Positions 1 through 13,339 are shown, counted from the stretch's first letter. The stretch is 64,000 nucleotides of DNA from Eledone cirrhosa (GCA_964016885.1 OZ024749.1:22320001-22384000); one strand, 5' to 3'. Numbers and translations are program-made. The notes: a model not told the origin generated them from the sequence alone.

Positions 1-19
1 TTTATATTATGTATATGTA

Positions 20-298
20 AGTCTTCCAGATTGCTGTAGCTTTTAATATGTTTATTATCCGGGCTATCTTTTCTATGGATTGCATTGTACAGTGTTTTGG
101 CCACTCATCATGCCTCATAGGTAGATCGTACCGCGATGACATCCTTGGACAGCTGCTTATGAGATTGGTGACATCTTCGATGTTAATTCTGCAGAGTCTG
201 CACTTGTTATCACATCTAGGTGTTTTGCCTGCATCCCTATCTTTTGTGAATCAGGTATTTCGTGTTGATTTCTTGTTCTTGGATTGCAAAAGCGTATA
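20..298 (-). mobile_element. Fragment of an RLE-type non-LTR retrotransposon (R4/Dong-like), C-terminal zinc finger region
   Basis: Minus-strand translation (with frameshifts) YAFAIQEQEINTKYL...CRLCRINIEDVTNLISSCPRMSSRYDLPMRHD..AKTLYNAI gives the CRLC..C finger (His position reads N) followed by RHD, typical of restriction-like-endonuclease LINEs. Confidence 0.75.
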
Positions 299-420
299 TG
301 TATATGTATATATATATATATATAATGTATATATATATATATATATATAATATATATAATGTATATATATATATATATAGATTACATAAGTATCAAAGTT
401 AAAATCATTTAAATCATTTA

Positions 421-470
421 ATCGCTGACAACTGTTTCTTCCAAACTTAAGCTTGAGGTCCTCGGAGCAT
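421..470 (-). ncRNA. Degenerate type I hammerhead ribozyme motif
   Basis: GCU-CCGAGGA-stem II-GAAA-CAGUUG-UC-AGC. Stem I GCU/AGC, near-palindromic stem III, GUC triplet; the core has U4 changed to C. Confidence 0.55.
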
Positions 471-563
471 TATCAATGTTTGTACATATAATTAACCTCC
501 TATTCAATTGAAGAATCCTACAGATACATATATATTGATGATGTGGACAACAGTTTCATGTTT

Positions 564-635
<72 letters not shown>

Positions 636-919
636 GCACGCACACACACACACACACACACACATGCCCCCCACACCCATACCCCCCCCCCCCACATATA
701 TTGAAATTAACCGGTGTTGTTCTGCGATGAAGCAGCAGAAATCGGATTAATGACGGTTGTATAGCGATCACTTAATGTGACAGGAAAGTATTCTGGAATC
801 AGAGCGGACTAATCAGATTCAGTGCGGGACAACGATATGTGAAGAAAGCAAACGATATTGATTAATAAACATTAATAATCATTAATAATAATTAATAAAC
901 ATTTATACTTATTAATAAT

Positions 920-1029
920 AATAATTGTTTCTACTTTTGGCACAAGGCCAGCAATTATCCCAGTGAATTACTGGTACTTTATTTTAACGACCTCATAAGG
1001 ATGAAAGGCAAAGTTAACCTCGGCGGGAT
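920..1029 (-). mobile_element. tRNA-derived SINE family A, 3' part
   Basis: Matches the body and tail of the full copies (ctttgcctttcatcc..gtaccagt..ggccttgtgccaaaagtagaaac). Confidence 0.85.
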
Positions 1030-1076
1030 AATCTCTTTCTCCCACTCTCTCACTATCTCTCTGTCTCACCCTCTCT

Positions 1077-1113
<37 letters not shown>

Positions 1114-1117
<4 letters not shown>

Positions 1118-1458
1118 CCAGGGAGTGTAACTTGGAGTTACTGTAGGTTCACCCAGGTGAGCACTCGATCTTTAGGTTCACTTCAGTGTCGCGGTGTAGA
1201 GCTAGACAGAGTGTATTATAGTGAAATAAGATAACAAGGACGATTTGTTACTCCTTCATTACGTTTATTGGTTGGTGACGCGCGTTTCGGCACTGATCAG
1301 CTCAAGGTTCATTCCTTGTTAAGAAGTCTGACGAGCCGCAGATTACAGAGTCGGGTCAGATCGATACAGATCTAACCTTGAGCTGATCAGTCGCGAAACG
1401 CGCGTCACCAACCAATAAACGTAATGAAGGAGTAACAAATCGTCCTTGTTATCTTATT

Positions 1459-1466
<8 letters not shown>
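1114..1466. mobile_element. PLE-type terminal repeat remnant with inverted duplication and hammerhead motif
   Basis: Arms 1217-1309 and 1374-1466 are near-perfect inverted copies. On +: CTGACGA 1328-1334, GAAA 1395-1398, palindrome ACGCGCGT, GTC. Flanked by (TA)n; relative at 36528-36660 (-). Confidence 0.7.
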
Positions 1467-1556
<90 letters not shown>

Positions 1557-1557
1557 G

Positions 1558-1812
1558 GTATTAAATTAACAATGAAAATAAAAACAGCAAAGTCAAGTTA
1601 ATTTACCTATTTATATGAATAGGTAAAATAACTTGACTGCGTTGTTTTTACTTTCATTGTTAATTTAATACGTTATATCTGACTCTGTATCTAAGGAATT
1701 AACGCAGTGGAACACGGAACTTTTCTATGGATTTCAATCGATTCTTCGCCATCAGATTACATTGAGTTCTATCTACGGTTCTGACCCTACCACCAAGGGT
1801 AGACCACACTGA
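1558..1812 (+). repeat. Fold-back hairpin (1558-1671) plus conserved 3' tail related to 35325-35467 and 45590-45730
   Basis: Imperfect inverted arms of about 55 bp; shared gactctgtat...ttacattgagttc...ctacc...ggtaga. Confidence 0.7.
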
Positions 1813-1897
1813 AAAAAATAAATATATATATTATTTATGTAAAGGAACCTTTGTTCCAAACTACAGAACGAAAAAACAGAAACATTACAACTTAACA

Positions 1898-1967
1898 CCT
1901 GTCTGATGTAAACACGTTAAAGGGTTATTATGCAATAACTTAGATGTCTTGAAATGCGCATAACAGG
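1898..1967 (+). ncRNA. Type I hammerhead ribozyme motif
   Basis: CCTGT-CTGATGT-stem II (inner GGTTATT/AATAACT)-GAAA-TGCGCA-TA-ACAGG. Stem I CCTGT/ACAGG, palindromic stem III ATGCGCAT, A9 variant. Confidence 0.7.
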
Positions 1968-2202
1968 ATTATACAATAATACATGAAATAGTCTCTACTG
2001 TTTATAATGTATATATATAATGTGTATATATATATATATATATATATATGTATTATATATATATATAGTTTAATAAATGAACAGAGAACAAAAAACAGAG
2101 AGACAGTACAAATGATATTGTTTTTAGTTTCACGCTTGAGAGTGTGTATATATATATATATACGTTGGCCGGAGTTAAGTCATCGGGGTCCTGACTATTT
2201 TC

Positions 2203-2298
<96 letters not shown>

Positions 2299-3164
2299 AT
2301 ATAGGCTCTAGCTAACACCCTTTTACTTCTTTCTTTATTCTTATATCTTTCTTCTTTATTTAATTCTCCCCCCTCCCTCTTTCTTTCCCTCCGTCTTTCT
2401 CCCTCCACACCTCCCTAACTTCTCTCTTTATCATACTCATGATTCCTATCTCTTTCTGTCTCTTTATCATTATCTACACCCCTTCCCCTCCTCCTCCTAT
2501 CACCCTCTCTCTCCTTCCTCCACAGTCCTGTACACACGAGGTGTTTACATCTCTCGTTCCTATCGTGTATAAACTTAGTTCTTAGTTCAAAACCCTAAAG
2601 CAAGACAACTCACTTAAGTTAATTACAAACAAACGAACAACAGCAACAGCAGCAACAACAACAACAACAACAATAATAATGACAGTAACAGCAACAACAA
2701 CGACTACAACAACAACGAAAAACACCAACTTGAAAAACACCAGCACAAACGATATAAAAAAAACAGTTACAGCAACAACAACAAAAATAACAATATAAAT
2801 TACAAACAAACCACAAAACACCCAAAGCAAATGGCAATGAAAAATAAGGTACAAAAAGAAGAACAACAGTAATAACAGCAATAACAACAACAACAGTAAC
2901 AATAATAACAACAAAAATAATAATAACAGCAATAACAACAACAATAGGAACAGCAACAATAATAAAACAACAACAACTATAACTACAACAATAACATCAA
3001 TAACAGCAACAGCAACAACAACAACACAAATAACAACAACAGCAGCAACATTAACAATAATAACAACAACAACAATCTCAACAGCAATAACAACAATAGC
3101 AACAATACTAGCCAAGAACTGGAAAATGGCGAAACATCAACAAAAACAAGAACAGCACAAACAA

Positions 3165-3676
3165 TAATATCTCCCACTAAAATCATCCCTATATGCAATA
3201 ACTTCCACTAAAAACACCCCCACATGTAATATCTCCAACTAAAATCACCCCACATGCAATATCTCCCACTAAATACACCCCCACATGTAATATCTCCCAC
3301 TAAAACACCCCCACATATAATATCTCCCCCTAGAACCACCCCCGCATGCTATATCTCCCACTAAAAACACCCCCACATGTAATATCTGCCACTAAAACAC
3401 CCCCACATATAATGTATCCCACCAAAAATAACCCCACGTGCAATATCTCTCACTAAAAACACCCCCATATGCAATATCACCCACTAAAATCACCCCCACA
3501 TGTAATATCTCCCACTGAAAGCACCACCACATGTAATATCTCCCACTAAAAGCACCCTCACATGCAATATCTTCCACTAAAAACACTCCCACATGTAATA
3601 TCTCCCACTGAAAGCACCACCACATGTAATATCTCCCAATAAAAGCACCCCCACATGCAATATCTCCCACTAAAAA
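3165..3676. repeat. Minisatellite, about 31 bp unit (taatatctcccactaaaacacccccacatg)
   Basis: About 16 head-to-tail degenerate copies with no spacers. Confidence 0.9.
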
Positions 3677-4890
3677 CATAGACAACAAGTGGAAATAACA
3701 CCAACACTAAATACATCCCCACTAAATAAAACAACATATGCAAGAGGAGGAAAAACACACCCATTAAAACACCCGCATTAAAACTTACCCCTCCACTAAA
3801 AACAATATAGACAAAGGAAGGAAAAAACTACCCACGCTAGATACATCCCACTGAAAGTATTCACATTAACCCCCACCTCCCCTATAAATAACAATATAGA
3901 CAAATGAAGGAAAAACCCACCCAGATTAGGTACATCCCACTACAAACACCTGTATTAACCACCCCGGCACACTGGAAACAACAACATAGACAAAGGAAGG
4001 AAAAAGCCATCCACAATAGGTACACCACTCCTAAAAACACCCGAACTAATACTGCACCTACTCTAAAAACAACAACACAAGCGCGCAGAGGAGGAGATAG
4101 CAAACAAAGTTAGAGATATCCCCACAAGAATACCCACATTAGATACACCCCATTACAGATATCCGCATTAACCACCCCGGCACATACTAAAAACAACAAC
4201 ATAGACAAAGAAAGGAAAAAGCCACTCACACTAGGTACATCCCCGCTAAAAATACCAGCATTACAAACTACCCCTCTAAAAACAACATAGGCACGAGGAG
4301 GAGAAAATAACCCACATTAGATACATCCTCACTAAAAATACCAGCATTAACACATAGCCCCACAAAAAAAACAATATAAACAAAGGAAGGAAAAATCCCC
4401 TCACATTTGATACATCCGCCCTAAGAACTCCCACAATAATCCCCCACCTTTATTAAAAACAACAACATAGGCACGTGGAGGAGTAGAAAGCAACCCACAT
4501 TACATACATTCCTACTAAAAATACCAGCATTAACCCTTAGCCCCACTGAAAACAACATCATAGACAAAGGAAGGAAAAAGCCACTCACATGAGATAGATC
4601 TCACTAAAAACACCAGCACTAATCCCCCACCTCCACTAAAAATACTCATATTAACCCTTAGCCCCACTAATACAACATGGATAAAGGAAGCAAAATTCGA
4701 CACATACTAGATACATTCACCCTAAAAAAAACCGCACTCCATTAAAAATACCACCACTAAACCTTAGCCCCACTAAAAACAACAATATAGACAAAGGAAG
4801 GAAAAAGCCATCCACACTAGATACATCCCACTAAAAACACCACCATTAAACCTTAGCCCCACCAAAAACAACAATATAGACAAAAGAAGG
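3677..4890. repeat. Degenerate tandem repeat, about 85-120 bp unit
   Basis: Recurring aacaacatagacaaaggaaggaaaaa..ccacactagatacatcccactaaaa..gcattaacc. Confidence 0.8.
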
Positions 4891-5360
4891 AGGAGGAGAA
4901 ATCCGTCCGATTAAAGATAGCATCATTAAAAATACAAGACAAAAGAAACAGTGAAACATTTCAAAAGAGGACAAGGAATCTATAGAAACATAAACAAATG
5001 GATTAGAGGAAAACAATACCGGATTAAAAGGAACATATATGAAAGGAATAGTTATTTTCGTGTCTGTATGTCTGGGCCTTCTATGTATATAAACCTGTAG
5101 GTTGAGGAAGACAAACAGAGGGAAGACGGGAACACCTACAAAACGTGCTCCTGGTGTTGAGGATTGTTCTATCGACGGGGTGTAAAACAACCCCGCAGTA
5201 ACGTTTCCCCGCCTATTGGGTATTTCGATTGTTTTATTTTGTATATATTTTATTGTTATCTATTATCATTGTTAAAGATTTTATGTAAAAACCCCGCTGT
5301 CACGTCTTGTAATGTCCCATTTTTGTACACCCTTGTGGCAAATAAAGAAATCTCTCTCTC

Positions 5361-5429
<69 letters not shown>

Positions 5430-5630
5430 GTCAGCTTATCAGTGTATCTCTGTGTGTATTTGTATGCCATCCTTGTGTTTAGTTTAGAAACCATGATGAT
5501 GATCATCATAAGCAGCAGCAGCAGTAGCGTTGTCGAGTTACGGAGTGCTTTGTCTTGGGATTACACTCGATATCACATATAACATTAAATATTATAACGT
5601 ATCACATTTATGCCCCAATAATAATAATAA

Positions 5631-5819
5631 TAATAATTGTTTCTACTTTAGGCACAAGACCAGCAATTACCCAGTGCATTACTGGTACTTTATTTTATCG
5701 ACCCCATAAGGATGAAAGGCAAAGTTAACCTCGGCGGTATTTGAACTCAGATCATAAAGGGCCGTAACTCTTTGCTGCAAAGCATGGCGTCCGACTCTCT
5801 ACCGATACAGCCAATCCAC

Positions 5820-5820
<1 letters not shown>
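5631..5820 (-). mobile_element. tRNA-derived SINE family A, full length
   Basis: A box tggctgtatcggtagag, B box gagttcaaatac, central gcctttcatcc..gggtcgataaaataaagtaccag domain, (ATT)n tail. Confidence 0.9.
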
Positions 5821-5880
<60 letters not shown>

Positions 5881-6140
5881 TTTCTTTATTAACCACAAGG
5901 GTTTACATAAAGTAGACATTAAGGACAGTGCAGGACAATGCAGGACGGTACAAATGGGCATTTCTGCGTGTAAAAAAACAAAAACAGAGGATGTAACAAA
6001 AATAACAATGAAAATAACAATGAAAAATTCCCCAATAGGGGGGAGACTTCGGAGGGACATTTGTGGAGAAAGCCCAGTAAAAAGCCACAATGACCCTGAC
6101 CACCAAGGCAAGTGCCCTCTCCCAGTTTTCCACCTTTAAT

Positions 6141-9100
6141 TTACAGATATATACTCAGAGTAGGCCCATTCACTCGGGCCAGTCTTGCTTCTCTCACCCA
6201 TCTTTCAACAAAATGCCGGGAAGAGAGCACTTCCCTCTCTACTCTGATTTTCCTTTTCAAATGAAATTTGAAAAAGTCAATCAGAGCATCACCGAAGAGG
6301 TAAGTGCTCGTCTTCAGCCCTTTCAAACGTGTCCACCATATTATCTCTTTTGCCATGGCCACCAGACAGATAAAAACTGCCTGCCCTTCCCGGCTAAAGG
6401 AGGAGGGCGGGGCAATCCTCACGATGGACTCAGATGATAGCTGGTTCCGTCCTAAACGCGACAGCAGGTGTTCGACATAAACCCACAAGTCAGCAATTTT
6501 CGGACACTGGACGAGTGCGTGCAGGACGGTTTCGTCGCCCTGCGCGCATCTCGGACATTCCCGGCTGACGGCACCTCCATGCCTGTAGAGTTTATCCCGA
6601 ACTGGCAAGGCACCTCGGTAGCACTGCCAGGCCAGAGATTTCTGGAAGTTGTCCATAGGCCCTGGCCCGAAAGTTCTTCCGAAGAGATTGGCTAGTTGAT
6701 TTTCGTCGACGCCTAGAGTTTCCCCAAGTACGTCGTCGCTCTTCTCCTCCACTAATCCTCTATAGAACGCCGAGGTGGAGTTTCCACCGATCACATTGCC
6801 CGATTGGTCGAGGGCTGTGAGCGCCTGAAGACATTCCAGTCTCCAGGCGCTCCCTCTCGGTCTTCGCTTGACCCAGGACTGCAGCTCCGTCAAGGAAACG
6901 AGCTGGGGAAATACGTGTCTAGCAAACGGCGACCACACCTGATCACCGTCGAGGAAGAGGTGGAGATGTCGTAGCCTGACCGCGTGCCTGCGCATCATCA
7001 GCCACGGCATACCCAGCCCTCCACATAGCGGGTGTTGACAACAGATGGACCGCCTGACCATCGGAGCACGTCCCTTCCACAAAAAGCGAAAGAGCAAACG
7101 CTCCAGCGCAGTCAGGCGAGGCTTAGGACAAGGTACGACGGTCAGGCGGGAGCAGATGACAGACGCGATGTACGCGTTAGCCACCTCCGCTCGACCTTTC
7201 AGGGATAGCTTCCTCTCCGCCCATTTCTGGGTGAGAGAAGCCACCCTGCTCGTCACCTCGTCCCAGTTTTTGCCCGTCTGGAGGTCCGGACCGAACCAGA
7301 CCCCTAGCAATTTAACCGGTCCGTCCGTCCAGCGCCCGACGACGCTGTTGGACGGCATGGACCTGCCTCTCCAGGTGCAGAGCTGCAGGCCCACTGACTT
7401 TTCCTGGTTGATCATTGCTCCTGTCACCACTTCGTATTCTCTTAGTGTAGTGCCATCGCCTCGATGTGTTTGGCGTTCGACACCACGACGGTGACATCGT
7501 CAGCATATGCTGACACGGATCTTCCGCATCCTAGTTCGCGTGGGATGCCCCTCAACGTCTCCAGTTTGTGCAGTAATGGCTCGAGAGTCAATACGTACAA
7601 GAGGGACGAGAGGGGACATCCTTGGCGGACCGAGCGCATGATCTTGAACGGTTCCGACTGGTGACCGTTCACTCTCACCACAGAGCAGATGTCGCTGTGC
7701 ATGGCAGCGATCCAGCCTCTGAAGACGGGCCCAAAGCCAGCCGCCCTCAGGACTGCCGCTAGGTAACGATGGTCGACCCTATCGAAAGCTTTCGACTGAT
7801 CTAATTTGATCAAGGACCCACCCGTGCCAGGTTCCCTAGCTACCCTCTCTACGATGTATCGCATGAGGTGGAGGTTGTCGTGGATGGATCTGTCGGGAAT
7901 GGCGCATGTCTGCGCCTCTCCCACCAGACCACCAACGACAAGCGCCAACCTCTTTGCTAGCACCTTGGCCAAAATCTTGAACTCTGTGTTTAGCAGAGTT
8001 ATGGGCCTAAAATTATCTATGTTATCCCCCTTGTTCGGATCCTTTCTCAGCAGTGCCACCGCTCCTCGGCTCACAGAACTGGGAATTCTCCCGTTCTGTT
8101 GCCAGTTGCAGTGGACGTCCGCCAAGAGGCCTCCGAACAAGTCTGGCATCTGTACGTAAAGTTCATAGGGCAGACCATCCAAACCAGGCGATTTACCCCT
8201 TGTGCAGCCAGTCATTGCCTCCCTTACTTCAGCGGCTGTTATCGGCTTTTCGCAACACTTCGCCTCAGTGGCCGAGAGCCGCGGCAGTCCGTCGAGGTAG
8301 ACACTAAAGTCCATCCCTCTACCCGGCCCACCGCTGCCTCCGAACAGCTGAGCGAAGTGTCGCTGAAAAGCTTCACACATTTTCCCGGGATCGAGTAGCA
8401 TGCGCCCATCGTGGTCCACTAAAGACCGGATCGTGACTTTGTTGCCACGACGCGCCTCCGCCACTCGGGCCCATTGAACGGCTTTCGTCCCCTCGTGTCT
8501 GAGAGCACGCACCCTTGCTCTGACAACGCAGCCTTCGTGCTTTGCATTGAAGAATTGGTCAAGGGCCAATTTCGCCGCAAGCACGTCGGTCGCAATGCTT
8601 TTGTAAGCGCCTCGTCTAATTTTCTAACTAGTTCTCCCTCTGCTCTATTTTTCTCTATTGCTAAAGCCTTACTAAACCTAATGGATTCTATTCTAATCGC
8701 TCTTTTCAGAGCAAACCACCACTTGTTGTTGACGATGGCCCCCGTCAACGCCCGCTTAACTAGTTCGCTAATCCGGTCTCTGTAGGCCTTGCGCGCTGGT
8801 AAGGACGCGTTTAGCTTCCAGTAGCCGGATCCTCGTCTATGAAGCCTATCTAAGTCAAGCACACAGATCACGAATTTGTGGTCCGTGTAGCTGACTATCT
8901 TGAATTGTGGACAGCCTATGCTAGACCTATCTATTTCCCTACAAAATACTCTATCTAGATATGATCTGGATGACCCCATGCGATTTGTCCAAGTCCACAT
9001 TGGCACATTCGGGAAATCCAATCGGTACCTGTCAGACAGTTCAAAACGCCTGAGCAGGTTGGTGAGGCTCTTGCACCCTCCTCCCCTATCCGCTAATCCC

Positions 9101-9559
9101 ACACAGTCCCAGCGTGCATCTAAGATCCCGTTCCAGTCGCCCACTAACACTAAAGAGCCGGACGTTCCAAGAAAGGTCTCCAGACGCTGGAAGAAATCAG
9201 GCCGCCCTGCTCCTGTCGGGGCATAGACGGCCACTAGCCTGAAAGCTTGCCCGTCTCCGCTGGTCACGTCCAGCACCACCAACGTACCCTCTGGGTCCAG
9301 GAAGATGGCCCGTATGGCGAGATGCAAACCTCTCCGAAAAAGCACAGCAACTCCCCCCCCCCGATCCAGGACGGCTGGGAGATGCGTACACATCGTAGCC
9401 GCCGAAGATCGGTGCGAAGGCCCGTGCTTCGGAGATTCTGGTCTCGCTGATGGCCACTACATCTATGTTTAGTGACCTGAGGTCGTTGAGCAGGTGACCC
9501 TGCTTCCATGACGACCCCAAGCCACGCGCATTTATGCTGCCTATTCTGAGTGAGGTCAT
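6141..9559 (-). pseudogene. LINE ORF2: AP endonuclease, reverse transcriptase and C-terminal zinc finger, with three frameshifts
   Basis: SINARG..SETR, VYAP, GDWN, YLDR, TDH (APE); KSPGLDG, RPITLLN, DQSKAFDRVDH, QGCPLS, AYADD (RT); CPRC..ETVLHALVQC. Frameshifts near 9355, 8585 and 7445. Confidence 0.95.
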
Positions 9560-9594
9560 GTTTAAAATAGAGTGGAAAAGATGGGAAAGACCAC

Positions 9595-11708
9595 TTACCG
9601 TACTTTTCGTAGAGGAGGGATGGTTTTTACATCCCTTTTCACTTGATCGTCTGGTGAAGGGACCGTTGAATCGTCCCTTCGGCTGGTCATCGGCTCTTCT
9701 ATCAGTATGTACGAATATACTCTTCGGTTGATAGTTCCTCCTAGGACTCTTAAATCACCAACTGCGTTGGGGAATTTCGTTTTAATGTTTGTGTATTGTT
9801 TCTGTGCTATTTTTAGCAGTCTTATGTTAGTTGGCGTTTTGATTGGTGCTGGTATTATGTAGTCGTGTTGTGAAATGTCTGTGTGTTCAATTATGTAAAT
9901 CATTAGTTTCTTGTTGTGTGTATTTATTGCCGTGCATTTGTTTTTCTGGGGGTGGGGTGTGGTTCTGCAATTTTCTTGTCGTTTTTGCTGGGTGTGTGTG
10001 TTTTGTTGTTGTGTTTGCGATGTTGGTGCTTGTGGTGGTGGTGTTGAAGGTGTTGTTGTTGTTGGCGGTGGGGTTGTCACCGGTGGTGATGGTGGAGCTA
10101 GTGTGGGTGGTGATGGTGTTGGTGGTGTTGCTGCTGTTAGTCTCTTTGCAGTAGACTTTACCCTTTTTTCATTTCTTTCTTCCCTTTTAAAAGGCGACGA
10201 TGCGCTGCTTCTGCGTTTGTGCCTTCTTATGACCTTTTGCCATCCCTCTCCCACCTCACACTCCATGTTAGATTCTGTGAGGTTGGGGAGGGGTACCAGC
10301 TACACTCTTTCACTTGTTGTTGTTGGTGATGTTTGCACTGGAGTCTCTGTTGCAGCTGCATTTGGTATTGCTGTTGTTGTTGTTGTTAATACTTCCACTG
10401 CTGCTGCTCGTTTTGATTTCCGTGGCGAGGGTATGGGTGCCACGGACCTATCGTTCCTGGTTGCCGCTTGTCCTGTTGCTGGTAGCCGTGGAGCCGGTTT
10501 CGGAAGAAGGGGGGTTTTCTCCTTTCTCAGGGTCTTCTCGTTGCAGAAGGCCCTGAGGTGAGTCTTCGATCCACAGCGAAAGCATTTCGGGCGTTTGCCC
10601 TCAACACTTTGGGCAGTTGAGTGCCGTTATCGAAGTCTATCACATCCGGGATAGCATCGATGCACTCCTGGTTGGTTTGGATTAACATCTCAATGGAGGT
10701 GCCGACCCAATCTTCTCTTACTTTTTTCTGTACTTGCAGTACAGTTGTTTTGTCCTCGATTCCGACGAGGACAGACGCGGCCAGCCAAGAAGGGGCCATC
10801 CCCGGAGGGACGTGGGTCAGTTTGACCCTCTCAATTTTTTGCCCGCAGTAGGAGGGCACCAACACCATTTCCTAGCTCTTTAGGGTCACTACGGATTGAG
10901 CCTTTGCCTCCTGGGGTCTGGCAAAAAGTACGTCTACGGTGGCATATTTCTTGCCTCGGGTGATGTGCGTTTTCCGCTGCCACACAGACCCCAAGGCTTT
11001 TCGTATTTGAGCCTCTGTGGCTCTTTTAACCCTATGGGATTTTGTACTTACTGTACAGTACGTGACCGTACAGTGCTGTTGGGTTTCGAAACATTTTTCA
11101 GCTGCCTTGCAGATTGCTCGGTGTCCAGTTTTTGTCACCATCTTCTTCGCTTCCTCTAATTCCTCATTTGTTATGAGGATTGTTTCCAGGTTCTTCGCGA
11201 TACCTGCAAACGAGATTTGTTTTTCGTTGCTGCTGTTGTTGTTGTTGTTGTCGTCAGAGCTGCTGTTACTTTTGTTGTTGCTGCAGGTACTACGACTACT
11301 GCCGCCGCCGCTGTTACTGTGGTTGTTGTTGCTGTTGCTGCTGCTAATGCTGTTGTTGTTTATGCTGCTGCTGATGCTGTTGCGGCTGCTACTGTTGTTT
11401 TCATTGTCACTGTTGCTGTTGTTATTACGGCTGCTACTGTTATTATTCCTGACGTCAGACGAATGAAATGGGATTTCGTATTTCCCGCACACCTTTTTCG
11501 TCGTTGTCGTCGTCGTCGTGGAGAAATATTCCACGGTATGCACGTGATTTTTCTTTTCTGGCGTCGCTTGCGAAAGAGAAGGGAGGGAGAGAGACACATT
11601 TATAGAAGGGAGGGAGATAGACAATCTTCTCTCTGCTGTAGTGACGATTGAGGAAGAAGAAGACGGAATGAGTGGGAGTGACCTATGAAAATTCTTTTTC
11701 GTAGCCAT
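9595..11708 (-). pseudogene. LINE ORF1 (gag-like), disrupted
   Basis: N/S-rich N-terminus, ISFAGIAK, and zinc knuckle CFRCGSKTHLRAFC at about 10543-10585 after a frameshift. Stops at 10872 and about 10300. Confidence 0.85.
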
Positions 11709-11925
11709 GTTGTTTTTTTTTGTTTAAAATAAATATTGGGCACAAAACCCCAATAAGCGGTTATTTAACCTCGAAGGGCCAAATAACGGACAGAAAGACC
11801 CCTCTCACGAGGAGTAGGGTGTTTTTGTCTACAAGTTAGTTAAAGTTTTAAACAATTTACAATTGTTATAGCGGTCAAAATTTACAATACCTCACAGAGC
11901 CGAGCCTCCGTCAACCATAGCATTC

Positions 11926-12006
<81 letters not shown>

Positions 12007-12166
12007 GGTCGTGGTGGTCGTGGTGGTCGTGATAATAATAATAATCAACGCATACAAGACTTCATTTAAATTGTAATTTGAAAACAGCGCAGCACGAACA
12101 CAACGTTATATAGTTATTCCCTTAATGTCAAACTGATAACACGCCCTTTTGCATATTTAAGTGGAG

Positions 12167-12293
<127 letters not shown>

Positions 12294-12311
12294 TGTGTGT
12301 GTGCGTGTATA

Positions 12312-12378
<67 letters not shown>

Positions 12379-12734
12379 ATGTGTGTGTGTGCGTATTTCA
12401 ATCATCTTAACCAGCTATGAAGTATGATAACATCTGGTAAAAACGTAGGAGCATTTACGATAAGGTAGGAGAATTTACGATACATAGATGCTAGGGAAGA
12501 GTAAGATATGGAAGCTATTAGCAAGAGATAAAGAACTCAGTATTTCTAGGCTTTCTGTAATATAATATAATTTTGTGTTAAATGCGGTCCTTATATACGA
12601 ACGATAATGATTTCAACCTTGTTGAGTCTCATCGACCTTCATACAATACAAGTTACATCATCTGTTGGTTTAAATTTAGTTGATTATGTATACCTAAAAT
12701 TATATGACCCCTCAATAACACATAAAATGTGTAT

Positions 12735-12900
12735 GTCCAAAGGGTTAAGGTGTTGGACTGATAATAATAAGGTCGAAGGTTCAATTTCTGGACAGGGTGG
12801 TGCATTGTGCTCTTGGACAAGACGCATTGTTTTACATTGCTCTTTGTGATAGGACTATATATAATTACACACACGCAAACACAAAGAGGTGGCAACATGA
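12735..12900 (+). mobile_element. Degenerate tRNA-derived SINE family B
   Basis: ggttaaggtgttggact..ggttcaatttc..tgtgctcttggacaagac resembles 41088-41345. Confidence 0.6.
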
Positions 12901-12949
12901 ATGGACCAGTTATTTTTCTCTAAGAACATTTTTTCCAATTCCACCCCGC

Positions 12950-13110
12950 CCATTCCTTCAATCTTTCTAATTACTCATTCTTTCTTCCGATGAAGGACTA
13001 GCGTCCGAAACGTTAAGACCCTCTTCCTGCTATTTCAAGCGTTAACCTTATATATTCCTTCCATATACTGTACCGATTGTGTTGTTTTTTCTGTTTACCT
13101 TTTACATACA
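12950..13110 (+). mobile_element. PLE-type terminal repeat with minimal hammerhead (12983-13018)
   Basis: TCTT-CCGATGA-A-GGAC(TAGC)GTCC-GAAA-CG-TT-AAGA, with palindrome AACGTT. Other copies at 24563-24632 and 62897-63042 (-). Confidence 0.75.
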
Positions 13111-13139
13111 TACTTACACACATATATATATATATATGT

Positions 13140-13335
13140 TTATCCCGGTTTCAATCGGGGGTAATCGCAGTAAGTAAGGTACTCAATACATAGCAGAGTA
13201 TAAATATTTAATATGGAAATGGCTTCTTAAAGGACTAGAACTTTAATTTGGAGGAAATCCTCAGGAAAGGGCTTTCTTGCTGATTTCTTCCGAATGAAAC
13301 AGTTCTAGTCTTGTAGAATTTATTTCCATATTCAA
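13140..13335 (-). mobile_element. PLE-type end with inverted duplication, same family as 35108-35282
   Basis: Shares gtattgagtaccttacttactg..ccgatt..ccgg and gaatgaaacagttctagtc; arms at about 13207-13243 and 13300-13335. Confidence 0.7.
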
Positions 13336-13339
13336 TCTC

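Larger units (their letters stand above)
2560..5352 (+). mobile_element. Internally deleted, non-autonomous Tx1-like LINE derivative with internal minisatellites
   Basis: N/T-rich ORF1-like start. The end of the frame at 5100 reads RVCMSGPSMYINL*, matching ARVNGPTLSIYL* and ARVNGPSLYISL* of the two LINE ORF2s. The 3' UTR ends ggcaaataaagaaa then (CT)n. The 5' boundary is approximate. Confidence 0.6.
5880..11925 (-). mobile_element. Near full-length Tx1/L1-clade LINE inserted in an (AAT)n microsatellite
   Basis: 5' UTR, ORF1 and APE-RT-CCHC ORF2, and a 3' UTR with AATAAA. (TAA)n on both flanks (5821-5878 and 11926-11954). Confidence 0.95.

Noticed and set aside
3165-3676. Regular 31 bp repeats suggestive of CRISPR
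   Set aside because: No unique spacers, no cas genes, eukaryotic context.
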